NCBI GenBank assembly: GCA_013335535.1
Contig: JAAXVL010000010.1
Coordinates: forward strand, 78,992-142,991
Source of the DNA: Azonexaceae bacterium
Lineage (GTDB): Bacteria; Pseudomonadota; Gammaproteobacteria; Burkholderiales; Rhodocyclaceae
Length of the DNA stretch: 64,000 nt
Reading direction: 5' to 3'
Shown: positions 28,462 through 40,121 of the stretch, one piece after another
Layout: every line of letters begins with the position of its first letter
Numbering within the stretch: the stretch's first letter is position 1
Made by a program: the position numbers and the translations under genes
The notes under the pieces: model-generated
Database searches by the model: none
Seen by the model: only the letters and a program-made list of their open reading frames with translations
Told to the model about the DNA's origin: nothing

Positions 28462-28503
28462 ACTCACAGGTCACCCGCGGGTGACCTCCTCCTTTGCTGC
28501 TCT

Positions 28504-28911
28504 TTAGTGGATGCCGTTGGCCGACAGGGTCGGGGCATACTTGAAATCGACTTTGGGGATGTGTTCGATCAGCCAGTCACGCAGGAAAGCGGTCGTCTGC
28601 TCGGAAATCTCGGCGGCGCCAGCATGAAATTTCGCTTGCAGATCGGCGCAGGTCTGCACCAGCTTGGCGTGCTCCAGTTTGTGCTGATCCAGGGCGGCGT
28701 ATCCCGCGGCAGCCATGTTCTTCTCTTCGGAAGAAAAGTGTTCGACGACATAGGCAATCAGTCCATCCAGCGATGCACCGATAGCGCTCCGCTCGTTCTT
28801 GCCAACATTCCTGTGCAGCTCGTTGAGCAGGTTGAACAGATGCTTATGTTCGTTGTCGTGGGTGACGACGTTGGTAGCGAATTGTTCCGGAGTCCAGGTG
28901 ATAAGAGACAT
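28504..28911 (-). CDS. bacteriohemerythrin
   Basis: Start moved to ATG 28911 (MSLITWTPEQFATNVVTHDNEHKHLFNLLNELH...). His/Glu iron ligand pattern H..H..E...H..H...D (HFSSEE, HKLEH, IEHIPKVD). Confidence 0.85.
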   Translation of the reverse strand: MSLITWTPEQFATNVVTHDNEHKHLFNLLNELHRNVGKNERSAIGASLDGLIAYVVEHFSSEEKNMAAAGYAALDQHKLEHAKLVQTCADLQAKFHAGAAEISEQTTAFLRDWLIEHIPKVDFKYAPTLSANGIH

Positions 28912-29221
28912 ATTGATCCTTTGCGTAGTTTGCAAATGGTGAAAATCCTGCCGCTTTTGCGGAAGGGCTGACAGCGGCTGCCGAGACTTTGCGCTGGCTG
29001 ACCGCTTGCATTGAACGCCCGGCGGCATCCTATAACATTACTTTGTCATATGCAATTATCATTATTGCGACATATTGCCGCAGTGAAAAACGCCTGCCGA
29101 GGCAAGCCGTGACTGGGTTTTTCGGGAAAATCCCATTGCTTTTTCTGCTTCCTGGGCACGCAGGTAAAAAAGCGGGGGCACACCTTGGCTGGCAGGAGCG
29201 CTGCCAGGCAACGGAAACAGC

Positions 29222-29260
29222 GATTTGAAATTTGGGCCAAATTTCCGGTTGACCGTGGAA
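29222..29260 (+). repeat. dispersed 40-bp repeat, copy 8
   Basis: gatttgaaatttgggccaaatttccggttgaccgtggaa. Confidence 0.85.
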
Positions 29261-29372
29261 AAGGCATCGCGGTCCCGGAAATGGATTCCGGCGAATTGAC
29301 GAAGAAAATCCCGCGCTGCTTTGCCGGGCGGGATTAACAGCCGATTGGCCTATCCCGGAAGAAAGGCCGGAG

Positions 29373-31907
29373 CTAATCGACCTGTGTGCGCAGTGCGATC
29401 AGGGTCTGCTCGGCGGTTTCGAAATCGAACATCTTGATCTGCCTCACCAGTTTTTCGCCTTCACCGGGGAAGGCGGCGCGCAGCAGGGCGGCGTGCTTGT
29501 CGAGCAGGCCGAGGGCGGCGGTGTCGCTCTGCTGGAGCAGCTCGCCGAGCTCGTCGAGGACGGCAAGCAGGGATTCGCGGGATACGCTGATTTCGCTGGC
29601 GACCGGCAGGCGGGTCTGCGTGGGCATGGCGCCAGCGAGCGTGGTGAATTCATCGCGGATGGCATCCATGACCTGGTAAACCTGATCGCCAACAGGCTCG
29701 CCGGCGCCAGCGAGACGCAATATCTCCTCGGCCTGGCGTGCCTTGTCGGCCAGCCGCACGATGCCCAGCGTGGCCGCCGCGCCTTTCAGGGAGTGCGCCA
29801 GGTGACGGGCCGGCTGGTAATCGCGCTCGGCCAGGTGGGTGGCAAGCTGCGTCATGTCGTCAGCGTGAGCATTGACGAAGAAACAGAGCAATTCGACGTA
29901 TTTCCCGGCCTTGCCACGCACGGCAGCGAGCCCCTGGGCGACGTCCATGCCGGGCAGGCATTTGAAACTGTTCAGGATATGTTCCACGTTCGCAGCCGGG
30001 ATCGCCGGCAGGCCTACCGGGGCAGATTTGATACCGGGCGGGGCAAGCGGCAGCGGCCGTTCGGCTTCGCGCCGGGGCAGCCAGCGCAGCAGCGTGGCGT
30101 AGAGATTGACCGGATCGACCGGTTTGGCGATGAAATCGCTCATGCCGGCCTGGCGGCAGGCCTCCCGGTCTTCATCGAAAGCGTTGGCGGTCATCGCCAG
30201 GATGGGCAGTCGCGCCATGCCGGGCTGCGCACGAAGAACCCGGGTTGCTTCAAGACCATCCATGTTGGGCATCTGGACGTCCATCAGGATCAGTTCATAG
30301 GGATGCCCCCCGGCTTTTTTGACTGCTTCCATGCCGTCAACCGCGACATCCACGGACAGGCCGACACCATGCAGCAGCTCCAGAGCAACTTCGGCATTGA
30401 TCGCGTTGTCCTCGGCGAGCAGCAGGCGGGCACCGGCATACTGCTCCCGCAGGCGCATCTCGGCATCGATGACTTCCGGCGCCAGTTCTTGCTGCGAGCT
30501 GCCATGGCCGCGCTGCAGGCGGGCAGTGAACCAGAAGGTACTGCCTTGACCCGGGGTGCTATCGACGCCGTATTTGCCGCCCATGAGCTGGGCGATGCGG
30601 CGAGTGATGACGAGGCCGAGTCCGGTGCCGCCGAATTTGCGGGTGGTCGACACATCGACCTGTTCGAAGGCGTGAAAGAGCCGGTCCACCTTGTCCGGCG
30701 CGATGCCGATGCCGGTGTCGGCAACTTCGAAACGGACCAGCAGTCCGTCGCCGCCGTCCTCGAGAAGCCGGGCGCGCAGACTGACGCTACCGCGTTCGGT
30801 GAACTTGATGGCATTGCTGGCGTAGTTGAGCAAGGCCTGACGCAGGCGGGTCGGATCGCCGCGCAGCCAAACAGGCACGTCGTCTTCGTCCACGAGAATG
30901 CTCAGCCCCTTGGCTTGCGCGGAATCCGAGATCATCGAGCGGACATGGTCGAGGACGGAGCCCAGGGCGAAATTGGTTTCGTCGAGATGGATCTTGCCGG
31001 CCTCGATTTTCGACAGGTCGAGAATGTCGTTGATGACTGACAGCAGGTGATGGCCGGCGCTGTTGATCTTGTCCAGGCGCTCGATCTGCTCCGGGCTGGC
31101 GCCGTTGTGCAGCAGGTGGGTGAGGCCGAGGATGGCGTTCATCGGCGTGCGGATTTCGTGGCTCATGTTGGCCAGGAAGATGCTCTTCGCCTCGTTGGCC
31201 GCCTCGGCCTGTTGCTTGGCGATGGTCAGGTCGGCGGTGCGAATCAGGACGAGATTTTCCAGATGGTCGCGGTGCCGCTTGAGCTCGGCTTCGGCCTTTT
31301 GCCGCTTGTAGTTGCGGATTTCGTTGCTGAGCAAAAGCGCGGCGTGGCTGAAGAAGATTGGCAGATAGTGGACCAGCGACGCCCCGATGATGTGGATGTT
31401 CTCCAGCTTGACGATGCCGATCAGCTCGTCGCCGAGCAGCAGCGGAAAACACCAGGTGCACGAGCCGGGCAAGGCCCCGTCGCGCAGCAGCGAATCGGCG
31501 GCGTCACCGTTGACTTCGACGAAGCGCCGGGTGGTCAAGAGCTGCCGGGCGACTGGGTCGTCAATTTCCCGGACGATGCGCATGTCGCCGAACAGCTCGG
31601 ACAAATAGAGGTCTTCGTCGATCCAGTACCAGATCTTGATATTGGTTCCGCCGATGGTCTCGATGATGTTGCGCAGCATGGCATTGACCATGTCGTGGAC
31701 GCCGGGCAAGGGGTCGAGCTGCTCGATCATGCGGACGATCAGCTGCAAATAGGACTTCTCCTCGGCCAACCGGCGCACGCGTCCGCGCAGGCGCTCGATT
31801 TCGGCCTGCGGACTATCGTTACCGGGGATCGGGAAATCAACTGGCAAGCTGTTTTTTCCGGGAAAGGGCGTCGGCGATGACCGCCTCGAGATGCGAGAGG
31901 TCGGCAT
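29373..31907 (-). CDS. soluble hybrid sensor histidine kinase (coiled coil, GAF, HisKA, HATPase_c, REC, HPt)
   Basis: H-box [13 protein letters not shown]; ATPase boxes; receiver region [11 protein letters not shown]; C-terminal HPt ([11 protein letters not shown]). No TM segment. The start is uncertain (31958 GTG, 31934, 31907 or TTG 31847), and all candidates overlap the end of the DUF1638 gene. Confidence 0.8.
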   Translation of the reverse strand: MPTSRISRRSSPTPFPGKNSLPVDFPIPGNDSPQAEIERLRGRVRRLAEEKSYLQLIVRMIEQLDPLPGVHDMVNAMLRNIIETIGGTNIKIWYWIDEDLYLSELFGDMRIVREIDDPVARQLLTTRRFVEVNGDAADSLLRDGALPGSCTWCFPLLLGDELIGIVKLENIHIIGASLVHYLPIFFSHAALLLSNEIRNYKRQKAEAELKRHRDHLENLVLIRTADLTIAKQQAEAANEAKSIFLANMSHEIRTPMNAILGLTHLLHNGASPEQIERLDKINSAGHHLLSVINDILDLSKIEAGKIHLDETNFALGSVLDHVRSMISDSAQAKGLSILVDEDDVPVWLRGDPTRLRQALLNYASNAIKFTERGSVSLRARLLEDGGDGLLVRFEVADTGIGIAPDKVDRLFHAFEQVDVSTTRKFGGTGLGLVITRRIAQLMGGKYGVDSTPGQGSTFWFTARLQRGHGSSQQELAPEVIDAEMRLREQYAGARLLLAEDNAINAEVALELLHGVGLSVDVAVDGMEAVKKAGGHPYELILMDVQMPNMDGLEATRVLRAQPGMARLPILAMTANAFDEDREACRQAGMSDFIAKPVDPVNLYATLLRWLPRREAERPLPLAPPGIKSAPVGLPAIPAANVEHILNSFKCLPGMDVAQGLAAVRGKAGKYVELLCFFVNAHADDMTQLATHLAERDYQPARHLAHSLKGAAATLGIVRLADKARQAEEILRLAGAGEPVGDQVYQVMDAIRDEFTTLAGAMPTQTRLPVASEISVSRESLLAVLDELGELLQQSDTAALGLLDKHAALLRAAFPGEGEKLVRQIKMFDFETAEQTLIALRTQVD

Positions 31908-32460
31908 CCATCCACTGCAAAGGCAGGTCGACATAGGCCGCCGCCACTTCGGCAGCACGCGTGAAATCGCCGGAACAGGGCGTGCGGATCGCCGTCATGA
32001 ACTTATGGCTGCTGTGAAAGATTTCCCGGATCACGGCAGGATTGTCGCCAAAGCACTTGCTGATCATCGGTTCCCAGGTCAGCGCCCAGTCCTCGAGCAG
32101 AAAATAGGCACCCTTTTCGAGTTCCTCCATGAATTTCTCGTAGCCGATCAGCATGACGATGCAGTTCTGGCCCTGAGTACGCAGGGTGTGGTGTTTCTCG
32201 AGAATGCTGTCGATCTGCGGATGGCAGCAGCCGTAAAAAACCACCGTATCGCGCCCCTGCAACTCGTCGTTGGCCAGCGTCGCGTTGAGCTGCTCGGACA
32301 GCTTGCCCAGGTAGTTGTGCAGCGCCGAATCGAGAAACTGGGTTTCGACCTGCCAGCCGTTCTTCCTGACCAGCCAATCGACCTCCTTGTGCAGGATGCC
32401 GCAACCGACAATGGTCAACGGCTTGTCAGCGGCAACGACGGGGGGCATGACGGTTTTCAT
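31837..32460 (-). CDS. DUF1638-family protein
   Basis: Start at ATG 32460 overlapping the stop of the upstream gene (ATGA). [13 protein letters not shown] and [11 protein letters not shown] motifs fit DUF1638 as I recall it. The longer ORF-track N-terminus overlaps the upstream gene. Confidence 0.65.
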   Translation of the reverse strand: MKTVMPPVVAADKPLTIVGCGILHKEVDWLVRKNGWQVETQFLDSALHNYLGKLSEQLNATLANDELQGRDTVVFYGCCHPQIDSILEKHHTLRTQGQNCIVMLIGYEKFMEELEKGAYFLLEDWALTWEPMISKCFGDNPAVIREIFHSSHKFMTAIRTPCSGDFTRAAEVAAAYVDLPLQWMDADLSHLEAVIADALSRKKQLAS

Positions 32461-33485
32461 GAGTAACTCCCGAATTCGAAGGCGGCATCGAGCATGGCCT
32501 GGATATTGGCTGCCGGCACGCTGAGCGGCACAACCCCGGTGCCGAACAGGAAATGCTGCCCAACCTTGCCGATGTCGCACAGGCGTCTGACTTCGTCTCG
32601 CGTCTGTTCCGTTGTCCAGTGAATCATCTTGATGTCGTCGATGACGCCGCAGGTCAGCCCCTGGCTGCCGATGATCCCCTTGGCCTCGGCCAGGTCGGCC
32701 AGCGGGCTGATGTAATGGACATTGATTTTCAGTTCGTCCATGACCTGGGCAATGACGCTGTTGAACGGCGCCATGCCGCAGTAGTAGACGATGTCGCGGA
32801 TGCCACCCGGCGCCAGATCGCGCTGCATCCACGGCATGATCAGGGACTGGAAGCGCTTCATGCCGACGAAAGAGGTCGAGCCGAAGGGGGTCGAGTACAC
32901 CAGCACATTAGCCCCGGCGGCCCGGTAGGCAGCGACTTCCTTCTGATAGAAATCGGAACATTTCCGGAGCAGTTCGTCGCGCACGTCGGCCGGGCCGATC
33001 AGCAGCAATTCCAGCCATTTATCCATGCCCATGAGAATCGAGGGCAGCGTCGTCGAGGCGGTCAGGTAAGCGCAGATGGAGTGCGTCTTGCCCACCTCGT
33101 CGCGCAGGATGTTCAGGCAACGGGCCGTTTCCTGCCAGGCCGGATGGGCCGTGATGTCGTCCGGCACCTCGAGCTTGGCGATGTCGTCGTAACTCTTGAT
33201 GACGAAATCGCCAACATTGGGCGGGCCATCGTCGGCGAAGAGGATCTCGTTGCACCCCAACAGTTCGGCTTCCTTGCCGACGTAAAACAGGCTCCACACG
33301 TTGTCGTAGCCGTAGCGGGCGCGCAGTTTCAACTGGCCCGCGGCGACATGCTCGCCATTGGCAAAATATTCCCGGAACGACATGCCCAGTTCGCGCGGCC
33401 CCTGATCGAGCAGGCTGCAAAAGACCGGGATGCGCGGCGCCGGCGTGCCGTTGACGGCAGCGGCGAGAATGTCGCGCGGAGTCAT
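32457..33485 (-). CDS. uroporphyrinogen decarboxylase (URO-D) superfamily protein, MtaA/CmuA-like corrinoid methyltransferase candidate
   Basis: 342 aa with a URO-D-like layout and an ATGA overlap with the corrinoid-protein gene. The position where MtaA/MtbA carry HxCG appears to read YYCG (by-eye alignment, tentative). Confidence 0.75.
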   Translation of the reverse strand: MTPRDILAAAVNGTPAPRIPVFCSLLDQGPRELGMSFREYFANGEHVAAGQLKLRARYGYDNVWSLFYVGKEAELLGCNEILFADDGPPNVGDFVIKSYDDIAKLEVPDDITAHPAWQETARCLNILRDEVGKTHSICAYLTASTTLPSILMGMDKWLELLLIGPADVRDELLRKCSDFYQKEVAAYRAAGANVLVYSTPFGSTSFVGMKRFQSLIMPWMQRDLAPGGIRDIVYYCGMAPFNSVIAQVMDELKINVHYISPLADLAEAKGIIGSQGLTCGVIDDIKMIHWTTEQTRDEVRRLCDIGKVGQHFLFGTGVVPLSVPAANIQAMLDAAFEFGSYS

Positions 33486-34150
33486 GATTTTTTTATTCCC
33501 CGGATCAGGTCGACAATGATCCGCCCGGCGTTGACGCCATCGGCCGCCCAGGCATCGGCGCCCACCGTCTGGTAAAGGCCATCGTCGAAGCGATACGGCG
33601 CGCCGCCGACGACCAGCTTGATGCGGTCTTCGAGCCCCCGCTCGTGCAGGATGCGGCGCACCTTGCTGGCACCGTTCTCGCCGGTGGCGGTATGCACCAT
33701 CATGGCCGAGATGGCAATGACCTGGGCATTTTCGGCCTGCGCCACGTCGACGAATCGCTCGGCCGGCACATTGACGCCAAGGTCGACGACATCGACCATC
33801 AGCGCCTTGAGGCAGCCCATGACGATACGTTTGCCGAGCGAATGCAGGTCGCCGTGCGCGGTGCCCATGACGACCTTGCCAATGATTTCCGGCGGCTGCT
33901 TGAAACTGAGCAGCATCTTCTCGGTGACTTCGGCAGCGATCTGCGCCGTCATGAAGTGCTGGGCGAGGTTGGCGTCCGGGTCCTTGGTAATGTTGGACAT
34001 CATTTCCTCGACGGCCGGAATGACCACCTTGAACACGATGTCCTCGGCCGTCAGCCCCCCGGCCAGCGCGGCCTCGACCACCTCGAAGGCAGCCTCCTTG
34101 TCGGTCTCGAAAACGGCCTCGTTGTACGCTTTGACGATACGTTCAAGCAT
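33482..34150 (-). CDS. cobalamin-binding corrinoid protein (B12-binding_2 cap plus B12-binding Rossmann domain)
   Basis: DxHxxG motif present (GDLHSLGKRIV). 222 aa, the size of MtaC/MtbC/MttC-type corrinoid proteins; AGGAG RBS. Confidence 0.85.
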   Translation of the reverse strand: MLERIVKAYNEAVFETDKEAAFEVVEAALAGGLTAEDIVFKVVIPAVEEMMSNITKDPDANLAQHFMTAQIAAEVTEKMLLSFKQPPEIIGKVVMGTAHGDLHSLGKRIVMGCLKALMVDVVDLGVNVPAERFVDVAQAENAQVIAISAMMVHTATGENGASKVRRILHERGLEDRIKLVVGGAPYRFDDGLYQTVGADAWAADGVNAGRIIVDLIRGIKKS

Positions 34151-34164
34151 GTTGGCTCCTGACG

Positions 34165-35769
34165 CTAGGGAGACGGTGCGACGGCGATGGGCCGCAGGCG
34201 CAGGTGGTTGATATAGGCTTCGTCGTAGTCAGCGATCAGAGACAGATTGATCGCTTTGATTGTGTCCGTCAATGCCGCGAAGCGCTGTGCTCCATTCGGG
34301 CTGAGCAGCGCCCTTTCACCGCCGGCCAGACTGGCGTCGGCATGCAGTTCGACGTCTTGCGCAGCGATCGGCGGCAGCAGCCCGAGCGACTGCGCACGAC
34401 CGACATCGAGCGTATGGCCAAAGGCCCCGCAGATGCAGAGGCGCCGCAGCTCGCCCCAGCCCATCCCGGCCTGGCGCAGCAACACCTCCATGGCCGCGGC
34501 AATGGCCGCCTTGGCGCGCTGGAAGGCATCGACGTCGATGCCAGTGATGGCCGTCGCCGGATTGGCCGGATCGAGCGCGTAGCCCTCCGGCCCCGGCGAA
34601 ACAACAAAGCGGCCCGACGGCTTGAGGCGGCCGTCGGCGAGCAGCACGGCAATGGCGTCGGTCAGCCCGGAGCCGCAGAACCCACGGGCCGTTTCGCCGG
34701 CGAGGGTGGCGCAGGCATAGCCCGCGTCACTGCGGCTGACCCGGTAGATGGCACCCGGCTCGGCCGGCATGCCGTGACGAATGCCGACGCCTTCGAAGGC
34801 CGGGCCGCCCGGCACCGAGGTGACGTGCAGGCAGGCACCGTCCCACAGCGCGATTTCGGTATTGGTCCCGACGTCGAGCAGGAGCGAGCCGGGCGGCCCG
34901 TCGACCAGGCCGGTGGCGACTAGGTCGGCCACCAGGTCGGAGCCGACAAAGCCGGCGACCGGCCCGGGCAGCACGATCCGGGCGTTGGGCAGATGCCAGG
35001 GCTGTTGCCAGGCGCTGCGGTCGGCCGGCTGGAAATCGACTTTTTTCTGCCAGTAGGCGGGGTCGAGCAACGCGTCACCGCCCTGCCCGGTAAGCAAGGC
35101 AAGCATCGCGGTGTTGCCGACGATGAGGACTTCGCCGATCTCGGCCAGCATCGGCGTGACTTCGCCGATATCGCGCGCCAGGATGTCGCGCACGGCGTGC
35201 ATGATGGCCTCACGCGCGCTGGCGGCCAGTTCGGCGGCATGTTCGGGATGGGCGCGGGCGGCTTCCAGGCGATTCAGCACGTCAGCGCCGAAACTGCCTT
35301 GCGGATTGGCCCCGCGCCGGGTGGCGATGCGCTTGCCGGCGCGGCGGTCCCACAGGGCGAGGCGGATATGCGTCGTCCCCAGGTCGACGGCCAGGCCGTA
35401 GCGATGGGCCGACAGTTCCGGCCGGCAGGCCGTGATCTCGGCCAGGTTTTCAGGGACGATGCTTTTCCATGCCGACGGCGGCGCCGGGTGTTCCAGTTCG
35501 ATATGCACGTCGCCCTGGATGCGCAGCTGGCAGGCCAGGCGCTGGCCGGCGGCGCGTTCTTCCGGCGTGAGCTTGAGGTATTCGGCAACGGTCGGCGGCG
35601 ACACTTCGCCGGCGATCAGGCGCACGGAGCAGGCGCCGCAGGTGCCGCTGCCGCCGCAGGCCGCACGCACGCGCAGGGCCGTGGTGTCGAGCAGGTCGCG
35701 CACCGACTGGCCGTCGCTCGCCGGCAGGCGATGCAAGCCCGTCGCGCTGCTGACGAGCAGGACGCTCAT
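34165..35769 (-). CDS. corrinoid reductive activase (RACo/RACE-like: N-terminal [2Fe-2S] ferredoxin plus ASKHA ATPase domain)
   Basis: Plant-type ferredoxin cysteines CGGSGTCGACSV...LACQ, followed by a long ASKHA/DUF4445-like region (AVDLGTTHIRLAL, LLLDVGTNTEIAL). Confidence 0.8.
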   Translation of the reverse strand: MSVLLVSSATGLHRLPASDGQSVRDLLDTTALRVRAACGGSGTCGACSVRLIAGEVSPPTVAEYLKLTPEERAAGQRLACQLRIQGDVHIELEHPAPPSAWKSIVPENLAEITACRPELSAHRYGLAVDLGTTHIRLALWDRRAGKRIATRRGANPQGSFGADVLNRLEAARAHPEHAAELAASAREAIMHAVRDILARDIGEVTPMLAEIGEVLIVGNTAMLALLTGQGGDALLDPAYWQKKVDFQPADRSAWQQPWHLPNARIVLPGPVAGFVGSDLVADLVATGLVDGPPGSLLLDVGTNTEIALWDGACLHVTSVPGGPAFEGVGIRHGMPAEPGAIYRVSRSDAGYACATLAGETARGFCGSGLTDAIAVLLADGRLKPSGRFVVSPGPEGYALDPANPATAITGIDVDAFQRAKAAIAAAMEVLLRQAGMGWGELRRLCICGAFGHTLDVGRAQSLGLLPPIAAQDVELHADASLAGGERALLSPNGAQRFAALTDTIKAINLSLIADYDEAYINHLRLRPIAVAPSP

Positions 35770-35972
35770 GACATTTGGCCGTGAAATAAATGGATGTTGC
35801 GCACAGGGATCAATCGCGAACGGCTCACCCGAAAAAGCATACGCAATTTTTCACTTCGGTGGTGGTGGCGAAAGTTGGCTGGAAGCTCAATTTTTCAAAA
35901 TTTACGGCCGTCGCCGTGCGCCTCACCTCGGCGGCAATTGTGCGCAATCACGTTGTGCTCAGCCAAGGCGAC

Positions 35973-35979
35973 TGCTCCA
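35973..35979. promoter_or_regulatory. TGCTCCA half-site (candidate UAS) upstream of the aldehyde dehydrogenase promoter
   Basis: acTGCTCCAttcc matches the left half, including the TTC spacer, of the palindrome at 26718-26738. About 130 bp upstream of the sigma-54 promoter. Confidence 0.3.
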
Positions 35980-36060
35980 TTCCTGAACACCTGTTGAGCA
36001 GTTGATCACGCAAAAACCTCCTCCGGGTCATCTCGTGCACCGTCAACAAAATCTCAAGCC

Positions 36061-36097
36061 TTTGAAATTTGGCCATTTTTCCCGGTTGACCGTGGAA
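36061..36097 (+). repeat. dispersed 40-bp repeat, copy 9
   Basis: tttgaaatttggccatttttcccggttgaccgtggaa; ends 10 nt before the sigma-54 promoter. Confidence 0.85.
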
Positions 36098-36107
36098 GTG
36101 GCACGGC

Positions 36108-36123
36108 TGGCACACGGCATGCA
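36108..36123 (+). promoter_or_regulatory. sigma-54 promoter upstream of the aldehyde dehydrogenase gene
   Basis: TGGCACACGGCATGCA (TGGCAC-N5-aTGCA), about 115 nt upstream of ATG 36240. Confidence 0.6.
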
Positions 36124-36239
36124 CATTAGATGGCACGAGCACGGCAGGTCGCATCTTGAAACAACTGAACCGGCCGGCTTCGAGTTAGCCCTTTGAGTTA
36201 CCTGTTTTGCAACTTCATTCAAGAACACTGGAGACAAAC

Positions 36240-37760
<1,521 letters not shown>

Positions 37761-37859
37761 AACCGGGCATCTCCTCCACTGGCCGCATTTAGATTTGCGG
37801 GCAACTCTTGGGGGCGGGCAACCGCCCCCCTTTTTTAAACTCGTTTCCAGGAGAAATTC

Positions 37860-38231
37860 ATGGTCGACCGCGTCATCGCCACCCCGGCAACGCTGGAACT
37901 CATCGCGCTCCTGAAACAGCAATACGGCCCGGAACTGATGTTCCACCAGTCCGGCGGCTGCTGCGACAACAGCGCGCCCAACTGCTACCTGCCCACCGAC
38001 CTGACCGTCGGCGCCTACGATGTCCATCTCGGCGATATCGGCGGCGTTCCTTTCTACATCAATGCCTCGCAGTACGAGTACTGGAAACACACGCAACTGA
38101 TCATCGATGTCGTCGCCGGCCAAGGCGGCAATTTCTCGCTCGAAGGCAACACCGGCAAGGCTTTCCACACCCGTTCGCGGCTCTTTACCGATGCCGAATG
38201 GGCCGAACTGCAGGCGGCCGGCCTCGTTTAA
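37860..38231 (+). CDS. DUF779-family protein (usual partner of this aldehyde dehydrogenase type)
   Basis: 123 aa with the FHQSGGCCDNS motif; conserved adjacency to the ALDH gene. Confidence 0.8.
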   Translation: MVDRVIATPATLELIALLKQQYGPELMFHQSGGCCDNSAPNCYLPTDLTVGAYDVHLGDIGGVPFYINASQYEYWKHTQLIIDVVAGQGGNFSLEGNTGKAFHTRSRLFTDAEWAELQAAGLV

Positions 38232-38249
38232 ATCCAAGGAACCATTCAC

Positions 38250-38588
38250 ATGACCAAGCAACTGCGCACCACCCTGCTGCTGCCCCTGCTCGCAGCCGCC
38301 ACCTTCGCTGCCACCTTTCCGGCCCATGCCACCGATGGCGAAGCCGCCGTCAAGAAAGCCCGCTGCATCGCCTGCCATGCCGTTGACACAAAGCGCGTCG
38401 GCCCGGCCTACAAGGACGTCGCCGCCAAATACAAGGGTGACGCCAAGGCACCAGGCGTCCTCTTCGACAAGGTCCGCCACGGCGGCTCCGGCAATTGGGG
38501 CACGGTGCCGATGATTCCGCACCCGGCCGACAAGATCAGCGACGAAGAACTGCACGCAGCGATCCAGTGGATCCTCTCGCTGCACTGA
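38250..38588 (+). CDS. cytochrome c551/c552 family mono-heme cytochrome
   Basis: Signal peptide, CIACH heme motif, GPAYKDVAAKY, and Met ligand region GTVPMIPH. Confidence 0.85.
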   Translation: MTKQLRTTLLLPLLAAATFAATFPAHATDGEAAVKKARCIACHAVDTKRVGPAYKDVAAKYKGDAKAPGVLFDKVRHGGSGNWGTVPMIPHPADKISDEELHAAIQWILSLH

Positions 38589-38658
38589 GCAACAAGCGGT
38601 AATACGCTGCCAGACCAGGGGAGAACAGCAAGCCCCGGCATGTTGGCAGCACGAAATC

Positions 38659-38691
38659 GGGGAGAAGCGGCGTCGCTTCTCCCCTTTTTTT
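38659..38691 (+). terminator. rho-independent terminator
   Basis: GGGGAGAAGCG-GCGT-CGCTTCTCCCC followed by T7. Confidence 0.75.
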
Positions 38692-38798
38692 GCCCTTCGG
38701 CGGACGCATAAGCAAATAATAATCAAGTCGTTCGTCGGCAAATCCCTGCTTGGTAGCCTGTGCTTCCCCAAAGACACAGACCAACAGAGATACCCCTC

Positions 38799-40043
38799 AT
38801 GAACAAACATCAACTGCTCCCGATTGTCCTGGCGCTCGGGCTGGCCGCGCCGGGCGTGGCATTCGCCACCAATGGTTATCTGTCGCACGCCTACGGCGTC
38901 AAGGCGCAAGGCCTGGCCGGCGTCGGCATTGCCCTGCCACAGGACGGCCTGGCTGCCGCCACCAATCCGGCCGGCACAGCCTTCGTCGGCGACCGTGCCG
39001 ACATCGGCATCACCTGGTTCCAGCCGACGCGCGGCGTCGATATCAGCGGCAACGGCGCCGGGCTCGATGGCAGCTACGACGGGAACGACACGAAGAATTT
39101 CTTCATCCCCGAAATCGGCTACACCAAGCAGCTGAACCAGCAGTGGGCGGTCGGCGTCGCGGTCTATGGCAATGGTGGCATGAACACCGACTACGGCCGC
39201 AACCCGTGGGCGTCCTTCGGCGCCACCGGCTCGGCCGGGGTCAATCTCGAACAGCTCTTCGTCTCGCCCAACGTCGCCTTCAAGATCACCCCGGACCACG
39301 CCGTCGGCCTCGCCCTCAATCTCGCCTACCAGCGCTTCGAGGCCAAGGGCATCGGCATCTTCGCCGGCGGCGGCAATTCCGAATCGCCGGCCGATTTTTC
39401 CGACCGCGGCACCGACACATCCTACGGTGCGGGTGTGCGCATCGGCTACACCGGCAAGCTGACGCCCTCGCTGACCGTCGGCGCCACCTATTCCAGCAAG
39501 ACCAAGACGAGCAATTTCGACAAGTACAAGGGCCTCTTCGCCGAACAGGGCGGCTTCGACGTGCCGGCCAACTACGGCCTCGGCCTGGCCTGGCAGGCTA
39601 CCCGGCAACTGACGCTGGCCGCCGACGTGCAGCTCATCAAATACAGCGACGTCAAGTCGGTGGGCAATCCGCTGGTCACTGGCAGTCAGTTCGGTTCGTC
39701 GAACGGCCCCGGTTTCGGCTGGAAGGACGTGACAACCGTCAAGATCGGCGCCAGCTTCGAGCTCAATCCCGACCTCACGCTACGCGCCGGCTACAGCCAC
39801 GCCACCCAGCCGATTCCGTCTGACCAGGTATTCCTCAACATCCTCGCCCCCGGCGTCGTACAGGACCACCTGAGCCTGGGCGCCACCTGGAAACCGAGCA
39901 AGAACGGCGAACTGAGCGTGGCCTACACCCACGCCTTCAAGGAAACCGTGAGCGGCGCCATCCCCGCCGCCTACGCCGGCGGCCGGGCCGACATCCACCT
40001 GCAGGAAAACGTCCTCGGGATCGCCTACGGCTGGAAATACTGA
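38799..40043 (+). CDS. OmpP1/FadL/TodX-family outer-membrane transporter for hydrophobic compounds
   Basis: Start at ATG 38799 (MNKHQLLPIVLALGLAAPGVAFA). N-terminal hatch motif TNGY..H.YG.KA.G.AG; C-terminal GIAYGWKY. Confidence 0.85.
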   Translation: MNKHQLLPIVLALGLAAPGVAFATNGYLSHAYGVKAQGLAGVGIALPQDGLAAATNPAGTAFVGDRADIGITWFQPTRGVDISGNGAGLDGSYDGNDTKNFFIPEIGYTKQLNQQWAVGVAVYGNGGMNTDYGRNPWASFGATGSAGVNLEQLFVSPNVAFKITPDHAVGLALNLAYQRFEAKGIGIFAGGGNSESPADFSDRGTDTSYGAGVRIGYTGKLTPSLTVGATYSSKTKTSNFDKYKGLFAEQGGFDVPANYGLGLAWQATRQLTLAADVQLIKYSDVKSVGNPLVTGSQFGSSNGPGFGWKDVTTVKIGASFELNPDLTLRAGYSHATQPIPSDQVFLNILAPGVVQDHLSLGATWKPSKNGELSVAYTHAFKETVSGAIPAAYAGGRADIHLQENVLGIAYGWKY

Positions 40044-40063
40044 CACCGACCTGCGATCATCTC

Positions 40064-40098
40064 GCCCCCGGCTGCGCCGCCAGCCCGGGGCTTTTTTT
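40064..40098 (+). terminator. rho-independent terminator
   Basis: GCCCCCGGCTG-loop-CAGCCCGGGGC followed by T7. Confidence 0.7.
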
Positions 40099-40121
40099 GT
40101 AAACCAGCCCACCGCAGACCC

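Noticed and set aside
35772-35783. catttggccgtg upstream of the corrinoid operon as a further repeat copy
   Set aside because: Only about 11 nt of the variable left arm match and the conserved core is absent, which is compatible with chance.
38740-38760. Sigma-54-like GG/GC strings upstream of the FadL gene, the corrinoid operon (35940-35965) and the mini-MCP gene (62140-62160)
   Set aside because: The GG-to-GC spacing is wrong by 1-2 nt or the GG dinucleotide is missing, so they are not counted among the six promoters.
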